64,000 bases of DNA from Camelus ferus (Eukaryota), in NCBI RefSeq assembly GCF_009834535.1, contig NC_045696.1:83578001-83642000 (forward strand). The letters run 5' to 3'. The position numbers and the translations under genes were made by a program. The notes under the pieces were generated by a model that did not search any database, was not told the DNA's origin, and worked only from the letters and a program-made list of their open reading frames with translations. Below, in pieces: positions 1 to 9,490 of this stretch. Every line of letters begins with the position of its first letter. Position 1 is the first letter of the stretch.

Positions 1-99
1 TCTCCAGGAGTTTCCACTTCTTGTCACCATGACCAAAGTGATGGCTGCCAGAGTTAAGTGCTTGACTGAAACACAGTTCTTCCCATCGGGTTTGTTTGG

Positions 100-1285
100 G
101 TAACTCCAAGTCAATTACTTTTCAGTAGCGACACCCTCCATTTTCCTCTTTTATTTTACATCCCTGAGACCTTCCCTGGCACATACACCCTCTCCTTCCT
201 TCTCAGTTTCTTAATCTCCTTGGTTCCTTTTTCATCTGTCCTCCTCTCCTATATTAAAATTCCCCGAGTTTTCTTCCTCAGTAAGTCTTTTCTTCTCACT
301 TTTTATACGTGCTTGTCACCTGTCACTTCATTGCCCACATACAGCCCTAGCGCAGACCACTCTCCCAGGCCTCAGACCCCTCTGTGGAGCATCCCCAGAA
401 CATTGCCACCTGAGGTCCCACAGACACCTAAGTGCCCTACATGGTCACCGCTGAACCTGCCCTCCTCTCCCTTCAAAGCTCCTCCCTCTCCTAAGTTTCT
501 GATTTTCTCCATTACCCAGAGGCCGCCTCAAGCCTTTCTCTCTCACACCCTCGCTTCCACACATTCATCAACTCTTCCTGGTTGTAATCTTCGGAATCTG
601 TTCCTCCGTTTCATCACTACCACCATTTCGTTTGTTTGTAAGACTCGTGTCACTGCTCCTCTGCTACTGAAGGAACCTCCTGATTGGGCTCCTCACTGCT
701 GGCTTCTTCCCTCTCCAGCCCACTCTTCAGTCAATAAACACAGATCTGATTAGGTCCCTCCCCTGCTTTTAGTCAGTCACTTCCTGACTCCTCCTTGGTC
801 CCCTGTAAAGTCAATGGTTCTCAACTTGATATGTAAGACCCTTCCTGAACTATCCCCTCACGGCTGCCCTAAACTCATCCTCCACTGCAACTCCTTTCAT
901 ATTCTTCCCTCCAGACATACCATTAAGAAAATGATTTATGGGTTTTCTTTTTTTAAAGGAGAGATCTCACCTCCTTCTACTTGTACATGCTCTTCTCACA
1001 AACCAGAACACACCATCACCAACACCACCTTTACCATCCACCCAATCTCTACTCAGTGAATCAGCTAAGAAAAATTAACTTAAAAACCTACATTGAGCCC
1101 TTGGTTTCTTTCTTCCCTCCAGCCAGGTGACACCTCTGCCAACTTTTGCTTGACTAGGCTCTGGTCTGTTCTTTGATCTCCCCCTAAGTCTTTGAGTTGC
1201 TCAAGGACAGGGGATCACCCTTTCCTGTCTGTATCCCCAAAGCCCAGCAAAGTACTTGACGTTGAATAAATATTTGTCAAATGGA
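100..1285 (+). mobile_element. LINE-2 3' region, degraded
   Basis: Pyrimidine-rich L2-like body ending in a typical L2 3' terminus (ctcaaggacagggga...tgtatcccca...gcccagca...aataaatatttgtcaaatg). Confidence 0.75.
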
Positions 1286-1554
1286 AGTAACAAGAAAAGA
1301 AATCAGCTACATATGAAGCAACTAGGTTAGTGATCTGACTTTAGCTTCAGTGGAGAAAAGACAGATACTTGGGATTTGAACAGAGCCCCATGAGTCAGCT
1401 CATTAAACCTCTGTGTTCATCTAGTTCCAGAGTCTTCCCATCTATTGAAAAAGAACTGGAAAATCAAGTGCTGGATTTAACAAAAGAGAACAAAACTAGA
1501 TTTACGCTTTTGCAAAGTTCATGCTGCTGAAATGGGGAAGGAAAATGTTAGGAG

Positions 1555-2061
1555 TACTGGGGGACAATTCTTCAAGGCCTCTTTCATTTCTGCATATCTT
1601 GTGAAGAAGCTTTGATGGCTTTTGTTTTAGAAGGATGTTTGTATAGAAAACAGCCTTGGAAGATTTGGAGAGTATGTCCTGCCAGGGCTGAGGTCAGACT
1701 TGTTTCCTGAGCAGGGTAATAAAGATGATATCTCCCTTTAAGGGCAAAAGCTGGGCAAGTTTGCCAGCAGCCCTTTTATAATATTAGAAGTTTTTTAAAG
1801 CCTGGGTTCCTCAGCTGTGACACAGATGCACTGTGTGCACAGTCTACATTTGGGCCCCTCCTGATTGCCACATGGAATATGGGGAGGGGAGGGGAGTCAA
1901 TGCAAACCCGAACTCATGCTACCTGTTTTGACGTGACTAAGAAAGTCCTTTGTCTCTGATCCAGGAGTCTCATGTCTTCCAAAAGCAGCTATGAACTGTG
2001 GCAGACTAACTTGTTACCCTGCACATAGAGTAAAATCTTATACACTTCATAGTTCTTGACA
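1555..2061 (+). mobile_element. Solo LTR, LTR40-like (ERVL class)
   Basis: Starts t..tgggggacaattct, contains aaggatgtttgtatag..aacagccttggaagat and tttgtctctgatccaggagtctc, ends ttcttgaca. Flanked by a 5-bp TSD AGGAG (1550-1554 and 2062-2066). Confidence 0.8.
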
Positions 2062-2149
2062 AGGAGAAGGGAGCTAAAGGAAAAAAAACTTTAATCGCTC
2101 AATAAACGTTTATGAAACTGAATAATACCAGAAAGATAAAATCTTAAAT

Positions 2150-2420
2150 ACAGTGTAATAGTTATGAGCGCAGATTCTACCGTCAAACAGACTAGGTTCA
2201 TATTCCTAGCTTTGAAAATTATTAACTACATAAACTTTCCTGAGCTTCATACCCATATATGCAATTTCTCTGGAAAACCTTAACTTCCCTGGATCTCAAT
2301 TTCCTTATTATGAAATGTAGTACTAATATTACCTTCTGATAGGGTTGTGAGGATTAAATAAGTTAAAATATGGAAAGTCCTTAAATTGTTCCTGGCATTT
2401 AATAAGTGCAATTTAAGAAT
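2150..2420 (+). mobile_element. MIR SINE
   Basis: MIR core and 3' part: tagggttgtgaggattaaataag...cctggcat...aagtgc. Confidence 0.75.
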
Positions 2421-2529
2421 AACATTCTGATGCTTGAACTTTATTCTGTGCACAATGTTTTTAAGAAAGGAAATGAGGTTAGTAGGACTTTGCTTTAGAA
2501 ACAAACTCTGATAGAAATTAAATTGTATA

Positions 2530-3340
2530 TATAATAAAAAATGAAGAGGATGGAGAGATTGGGAAACACAAGACCATCCAAGAAACAACTGAAATTGTCC
2601 AGGAGACAAAATGAGATGGCTGGGCTTGAGTGATGGCAACAGGAAAGAGAACTCATTCAAGAGATATTTCATTGCTGGTGTTTATAGAATTTGGCACCTG
2701 ATAGGAATATAAATATTAATTTTAAGTTATCCAGTCATCATACTCAAAGGCCTTTTCATGATCATCTCACCTAAAGCTCAAGGTAAACTGGGAGAAAAGT
2801 GACAGATACACAATTTCAAAGATGAGGCAAGCAGCACAGAGGGAGAAAATGTTGGGGGAGACGATGATAACCAGAGATGCTCTATGGACACTCTAAGTCT
2901 CAGACCCAGAGTGATAATGATTCTATAGTTGAAAATGCAAGTCTGCGGCTCTGAAGAGAGCAGGGCTGGATGCACGAATCTGGGTTTCCTCAAAATAGAA
3001 CATATGATGGAAGCCCATGAAAAGAAAGAGATAAACCAGGTAAAGCATACAGAATGGGAAGAGAATTAAAGATAGAAGGTGAGAGAAAGCAGGCGCCAGT
3101 GCATAAGAAGAACTGCAGATGATGCTGAGTGTGTGTACAAAGGAAAAGGACCAGCAGAGAAGCGGGGAAGAGGAATAGCCAGTAATATATATGCTACAGA
3201 AAAATGAGAGTGGGGTGAGCTCTGAAAAAAAGGCAGCCTCTGAGAAGGAATTTTAGCAGAGGAGGCCAGACTGCAGTGGGTTCAATGATCAGTGATAAGG
3301 TCACTGACAAGCATCAAAGAGCTGTTCTTGAGAAACTGAA
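2530..3340 (-). mobile_element. LINE-2 fragment(s)
   Basis: Purine-rich plus strand with L2 antisense hallmarks (gtccaggagacaaaatgag, tggaagcccatg, gccagactgcagtgggttcaa). Confidence 0.55.
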
Positions 3341-3879
3341 GGTGAAGGAGAAAAGAAGCAAGGTCAAGACAGATCCACATATGGACACAGACAGATCACA
3401 AACATGGAAAGGAGAGAGACACAGAAAGGGAGACTTGGACACATGGGGGGAAAAGGGAAAAATAATAGAAAAGAGTTGGCAATACAAAAAAGAGATGATT
3501 AATAGAGAAAAGAATTTAAGATGGAATGTGGAACATATAGGGAAGGGATTACTTTGAAAAAAAGTGCAAAATTCTTCCCATGAGATACGTAAGAAAGAAG
3601 TAAAGATGCATAAAAAAGATATACTGAAGCTGACGGACACAGAGCCTGACAAAGTATTATCTATTAAATAATATCAGGTCAATGTCATCAATACAGTACG
3701 GGTTAACGCTGACTGCTAAAACTACACGGCAGAGGTGAAGTTTAGGGCCACTTGGGGCAACAGGAGAAAGAGTAAGCTATTGCTGAATACAGTAGGAGGA
3801 CCAGGGAGGCTGGTAATTTGAGAACCGAGGAAGGAGAGGTCAAGGGCAGAGGGACCAGCACAGGAAAGAGTGTTGAGGA

Positions 3880-4090
3880 ACAAGGCTCTGGAGTTAGACA
3901 GAACACTCCGAAAGCCCATCCCACCACATCTCAACTATGAAACTTCAGGCAAGTTACTTAACCTCTCTCTCTCTGCCTCAGTGTCCTCGTCTGGAAAACA
4001 GAGATGACAGTATGATCTACTTCAGATGATCGCTGTTAGCATTAAAGATATTTATAAACACAAACTGCTGGAAATAAAGCTTTGCCCATA
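3880..4090 (+). mobile_element. MIR SINE
   Basis: ggctctggagttagacaga...ggcaagttacttaacctctct...gcctcagtgtcctc.tctg.aaaa. Confidence 0.8.
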
Positions 4091-4393
4091 GAGAGAGCAC
4101 ACAGCCTTCTCCACTTGGCTTTACACTCACTCAGTGTGGCTGACCTCACGAGAAAGAAAAACATTTTTGAACTTGTGTACACTGAGTAAATGACAGACCA
4201 TAGGCTATGTTAAATTATTTATAAATTTAAAAGTAGACTATTACTAGCCCCAGACATCTCTTACTGGCTCAATCTCTTGCTTTATCAGAAGGAAAAAACG
4301 AAACAAATTCCAACGTGGTGTGTGGTGCAAGAAACAACTCTGTCAATTCCCCTTCACAATTCTGGATTATTACAGTTTATTACAGCATTGTAC

Positions 4394-7074
4394 TTTTTTC
4401 TACTTCTAAATGCATCAATTCTTCAAAAATCTAAACCTCTGCCACTCTGATGACACGTTTCTCATCAGCTATAGAAGGCTGGGGTGAAACAGCTCCGTAT
4501 GCATGTGTTGGGGCTGCAGTTGGGTGGGTAAATTGTATCACATCAGGCACATTTTGGATTTGTACGTCAACCTGTATTGGATGGATACCTGCGGCAGGGA
4601 ATGGCTGGCTGTGAGATGTCCTAAACAGTGTAGGTGACTGCTGAGTCACCAAGTGGCCACACCTTTTTAAAACTCCCCCCAAGTGTCACATAGCCTTCTC
4701 TACTTGGCTCTATCTCAAGTCCCAGGAACTTCAGCGACTGGATCAGCCTTTATATACTTCGGCCTGCATGGTATCTATCTGCTGCACACCCAAGCTTACT
4801 ACTTCCATCATGTCGTATACAATAATTATGCAAGTGTTTACAAGAGAGCGTTAGAAAGGATAAATTTTAATAGAGTGCGTTACAGCCAGTCAATTTCCTT
4901 TGATGTCTCAAAGATCTGGAGTGGAGTTTATTTTTGTCTATTTAATCCTTTAGAAAATATTTGCAGAGTACCATTAACATAAGTAAACTCTTCAATATCC
5001 CTTTATCAAAATGCCATCACCAGTTACAACCCTCCAATTCATAATGTACTTGCCAAGGATAGCTTTCCTCAGTCCACAATTCCCAGTTGAAGCCTAGCCC
5101 ATCATTTTAATACTTAAATACCTACAGCCATGAGACAGCAGGATAATTTCTTATGAAAAGACTCAGTGAGGAGGAGAGAAATCACATGTTCCTTGTGACG
5201 AATGATCTTAGCCACTACAGGACAATTAGCACCCCAACCCACCTCCATACCTAGTACCAAATGCCAATAGAAACTTGCACCTTCCACATCCAGTCCAAAA
5301 AGCCCCACAGGTTCCTTAATAACACTAGGTAGAAGGTACCAACCACACTCCCACTGAGAACCCCAGGCAGTGATTACAAAGAACTTCTTAGAAACACAAG
5401 CTGGGCCTGAGTGCTCTGAAAGGGACTGTATTTTTTAAGAACTCTGGCACGGGAATTCAAACTGCTTGGATCCAAATCTTGTGAATTCCTGGAGTATGAA
5501 CCTAACATTACTGTGTCTCTTTCTTCATCATAAATGGAGACGAAAATAGGGCATACCTTGTAGGGCTATTTCCAGGATAGAATAAAATAATACAAACAAA
5601 GTAGTTAGAAATTTGCCTGGCTTCTAAGTTAAGAATTCAAACAGGTTAAGCATTAATTACCTGTGATTTCCAATGTCAACAGGCATAATAGGTACTGAGG
5701 CACTCTGTGGAATACGGATTTTATCAATTTGTCTAACCTTAGTTATACAAGGTTTCCTAAATGTGATAAGATAAGGTCATCAGACAGATCAATTATCATG
5801 AGAGTTGGAGGACCTGGATGCCATACATGTTTTGCCTCGTTAATAAAATTTCCTTTGGAAAGGAGCTTACCTGTGGAGGAATGTACCATAAATACAATGC
5901 ATTACATTCAGGCACGCCATTATTTAGCTGCACAGTCATTTTCTCTTTTCAGTGTCACCCCAGCTCCAAAATCTGCTCAAGTGCAATATCAGCTGCATGA
6001 AACTTTTACCTGTGTTAATGACCTATAAGTGCCAGTCAGCAGGATGATGCATTCTCATTAGTGGTCCCCACCTCATTAGAAGCCTACTCTCACCGATAAT
6101 GGATTTCAGAGGTCAATAAAAATCTCAGGAAGAATTCTCTTCAATTTAATAGATAGACAGGTGTGTGGAAGCCAAGTGCTATACCTGGTTGGATTCTGCA
6201 TGCCTACAACAATTGCAAAGGCATCTGTAAAAACCGAGCACTAAATTCCAACATGGTTTCTGCTGAAGAAACCATTAACTCTAATACCAGGGAAGACTAA
6301 ATAAAAATTTGATTGGATTCTTCCCATCCAGTTTTCAGAAAGTACTACAAGTCATCAGAGTGATCTCAATAACTCCCAGAAACAGCATCTCTATTAAACA
6401 CCCAAGAATTTATATTGGTTTTAATATCCAATCTCATGTCACCTGATAAATGAGCTACAGTAGCAGTGTCCTTTAAAAAAATGCAATGTCATCCTTCTAG
6501 CCTTTTCAACAAAAGTATCAATACTAAAAAAAAGGTAAAACAGCTAAGCAACATAAAAAGTGTCGTGGTATTTCTGTTATTTCTCAGTGCCCCCCAAAGG
6601 GATTATTCTGTCTCATGTGCATGGGTAGATACCTATAAGCCAGCTAGGGTCCACTTTAATAACAGCACTGATAAAGGTAAGAGCATGGCTAGCCAGCAAG
6701 CTTGCTAAAAAGCAGTGTCTAAGAAATGGAGGCTTATGCACACACACAAGCTACCCAAAGTAAGATGTGTTTTCTGAGATAAACTGGAGAGGAAAAGCTT
6801 AAATCAACCTTCTCTTCAAATAAACAAGATACATCTTATCAATGTAAGAGAAATCACCTACCCAGAAACTCCTTGCATTTCTGCCAAAAATGTATTTACA
6901 AACTATGTAGGAAAGAAGTTCTACGATGTCACTGCACCCTGGCCATGTCTCAAGATTTATAGTTAGTGACATTTGCAGTAACCAGGTAGCAAATTGAATC
7001 TCACATGAGAAGGATGAAATAGGGAAATAGAAAGTGAATCCAAAAATAGTATTTTTCTGACAATAAAAAGTCAA
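4394..7074 (-). other. Decayed intronless coding-like insertion in EGFEM1 intron 1; candidate endogenous viral element (Mononegavirales L-like C-terminal part) or very old retrocopy
   Basis: Chained minus-strand reading frames with sparse stops and frameshifts (7074-6480, ~6470-6140, 5880-5660, ~5420-5114, ~5030-4431). Ends in TAG at 4433-4431, then TAGAAAAAA (4402-4394). No TE hallmark recognised apart from an inserted MIR. Motif resemblance is weak and judged by eye. Confidence 0.3.
5430..5660 (+). mobile_element. MIR SINE inserted into the coding-like tract
   Basis: aaactgcttggatccaaatc...tcttcatcataaatggag...ataccttgtagggct...aggatagaataaaataatacaaacaaagtagttagaa...gcctggc follows the MIR layout. 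Confidence 0.7.
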
Positions 7075-7810
7075 GACCCAGAAAGGTATAGATGGCTTTG
7101 TGTACTTATATAAACCATTTTTCCGTTATGAAGCATTCACATTTCAGAAAATCAAAGATGAAGCAAAGAAGTAGCATACACATTTAAATGTTCAAAATCC
7201 TCTGGCGTCTATTCATAACCGCTCAAGAGCAGAAAGGAAAAGCCGAATTAGATTTGGCTTCTGTCTCAGACAGTTAGGGGATGATCCCCCTGATGCTACA
7301 GAATTCAGTGCAAACTTCTTCAGGCAGTCAAGGCGACCCAGCAATTGGTAAACATTCAGACTTCCCCTGAGCTTCTCGCTATGCTTGACACAGTGACCAA
7401 GAATGAGTATCTCCTAGCGTTCATCACTTCTAATCTGGAAATAAAACCATGCCCCATCCTCAGAGGATGCGTTTCTGTCATCTCCCCATTCTGTAGTTCT
7501 CTCCTAACCGGGTTAGCATCTAAGTGGCCGCGCATTCAGCCCTTGACATACTCGCCTCCCCAGCTCCTCACTTCGGCAAATGAGCCGGGCAGGATTCGCC
7601 TCTCATCAAACCTGTGGAATAACCCACTCCTCCGGACTATGAGATATTTCTCCAGAAAATAATAATAATAATAAATGATAGATAGATATAGACCATTGGT
7701 CTCTAGAAAGAACATGTCAAGAAACTCTCTGTTCAACATGATTTCTTTCAAAACCCTTTCAGAAAGTGGAACTTGTAATTAGTCAATTACTCTTCCAAAC
7801 AGGAAATTAA

Positions 7811-7836
7811 CTCTCTCTCTTACACACACACACGCG

Positions 7837-7867
<31 letters not shown>

Positions 7868-7873
7868 GCACAC
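7811..7873. repeat. Compound microsatellite (CT)n-(AC)n-(GC)n-(AC)n
   Basis: Directly visible: ctctctctct tacacacaca cacgcgcgcg cgcgcacaca cacacacaca cacacacgca cac. Confidence 0.95.
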
Positions 7874-8800
7874 CGGGCGGGGGTGGGAGGTGGTGAAATT
7901 CTGTCAGCAGCTGAGAAAGTATCAGTCAGGTAGGAAGCACACAGCCCTGGATAGCGGTCTCTGCCCGAGGACGCGCTGAGGACCGCGCTCTCGCCGCGCT
8001 CGGTCTGGGACAGCCCACGGACCCCGCCCGCTGCCCGCTGGCAGCTCACGCCCTGCACCCCTTCCCGGAGGGAACGGCTCGGGTCGCAGGGGCCGCAGCA
8101 AGTCCGCGGTGGGAGGAGGCGCACAGGGCCGGCTCTCCCCACGCGTCACGGAGCGCGCGGGTACCACTTACATGCTCGGCCGGAGCTGAAGGGCGCTGCC
8201 TGGCGGCCAGCCGGCGGCCACCCAGGCGCAGAAGCACCAGAGCTACAGTCGCCAGGTCATCTCCGCGGGGCGGAGCGGCATCAGCCGCCACCCCGGCTGC
8301 GCGCCGAGCGCCACTCCGGCTCCGCGAGTCCGAGCCCGGCACAGAAGTTGAGCTCGCCGGACAGAAGTTGGTGTGCGGGGCTCGCGGGGCCGGCGAGGTG
8401 CGTCTCCCTGCGCAGGGCGCGGCAGCAGCTCTGCCCCACTAGGCAGCACCGCCGACTGGGAGAGCTCGGGCGCTGAGGCCGGGCCAGCCCCCGAGGCGCC
8501 TGGGCCGGCGAGATGCGCACCCTTGCTCCGCCGGGAGCGACTGGAAACCTGCGATCCCCACGGCCCCGCAGCCCCCGCAGCCTTGGTGCCATGGAAACGC
8601 GCTCGCAGCCCTCCGGGCCCGGCCCCTCTGGAGCGCTTAAAGAGACAGCCCCGCCGCCACCACGGGCTGGCGCTGCTGGGCGCCCCCCACCCCCGCGCCC
8701 TCCTCACCCCTCCTCTCCACAAGCGGCCCGGAGGCGGTGAGGCAGTGGCTGGACACTGGGGGCTGGAAGGGCATCTGAGACGCGACGTAGGGGGCTCTGC
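7870..8800. promoter_or_regulatory. CpG island / promoter and 5' exon region of EGFEM1
   Basis: Very GC- and CpG-rich stretch with GC boxes (e.g. GGGGCGG at 8267-8273) in an otherwise AT-rich, CpG-depleted window; it surrounds the first coding exon. Confidence 0.9.
8172..8260 (-). pseudogene. EGFEM1: First coding exon of EGFEM1 (EGF-like and EMI domain-containing 1; MEGF6 paralogue) with an in-frame TAG at codon 6; likely pseudogene
   Basis: The minus strand from the ATG at 8260-8258 translates MTWRL*LWCFCAWVAAGWPPGSALQLRPS followed by AT|GTAAGT, a canonical phase-2 donor at 8171. This matches my recollection of the mouse Egfem1 N-terminus (MT.PL.FWCFCVWAAANWPPGSALQLQPGM-PNVC) and of MEGF6 LPLQPGM-PHVC. 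The stop is at 8245-8243. I found no exon 2 in the window. Confidence 0.85.
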
Positions 8801-9309
8801 TCAATCCTCCCGCCCAACTCTGCTCCCCACCACTTCCTACCCACCCCCCCACCCCCACCCCCCACCACACATACCCAAACCCTCCAAAGAGGCGAAGCAG
8901 CTCTGGCTTCCCCTCAGACACCAACCTGCTCAGAACCAAGCCAGCTGTGCATCTGCCACAAGCAGAGACCAAAGGAAGGCTGACTTTTGATTCTTTCTTG
9001 CTCTGCTCGCACCCAACCCAAGTCTCCGGAGTCGGTCAGAACACAAGCTGGGGGGAGGTGCGTTTGAAGTGGGAACCAAACAGCAGTTGATAGAGTCAAA
9101 TCTCCTGCCAACTCGACAGTTGCAGGACACATCGTCGGCTCATCCAGAAATCCTCGTTACTCCAAATGGGATCCTCTCCCTTCCATTTATTTGGCCACCA
9201 TCTATCTCACCCCCTTCAGACATCAGTTATAAGGAGGAGCCAATCCTTTTCCAAATCTACTTCCTCCTTTCCTTCAAACCAGCTCCTCTTCCCTCTAGTT
9301 TGCTGAGGA

Positions 9310-9490
9310 GCAGTCAGTCGCGAGCCCCCAGAGCCCTTCCAGAAGGGAACAGCGTCTGCTCGGAACGCGAGGCTGTGGCTGCGGCGCTGGCCCGACTGCC
9401 TGGGACGCACAGCCAAGCGTCGCGCGGTCGCCAGCAGCTCCGGCCCGAAGCGATGCCTCTGCCCGGCGCCAGCTGCTGTCTGGAAGGCCA
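9310..9490. promoter_or_regulatory. Small satellite CpG-rich patch upstream of the EGFEM1 promoter
   Basis: Dense CpGs (gtcgcgag, cggaacgcga, cgtcgcgcggtcgc) about 0.5 kb from the main island. Confidence 0.5.

Noticed and set aside
220..753. 177-aa plus-strand ORF
   Set aside because: Lies in pyrimidine-rich L2 sequence, starts at TTG and is Pro/Ser-biased.
6799..7074. ORF with WPGCS considered as EGFEM1 exon 2 (EMI domain)
   Set aside because: Lacks PNVC and the EMI cysteine pattern; no matching phase-2 acceptor.
7092..7110. Possible 5' TSD of the intron-1 coding-like tract (ctttgtgtactt vs cattgtactt at ~4386-4395)
   Set aside because: Too short and gapped to distinguish from chance; the 5' boundary remains undefined.
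7333..7353. GCGACCCA, resembling the 5' end of miR-551b (known to lie within EGFEM1P)
   Set aside because: Only an 8-nt match, on the strand opposite to EGFEM1, with no hairpin seen; the miRNA is presumably outside the window.
8373..8990. 205-aa plus-strand ORF and other overlapping ORFs in the CpG island (7807-9536)
   Set aside because: Low-complexity Arg/Pro/Gly/Ala ORFs expected from high GC content; no recognisable domain. The real coding frame is the short minus-strand exon.
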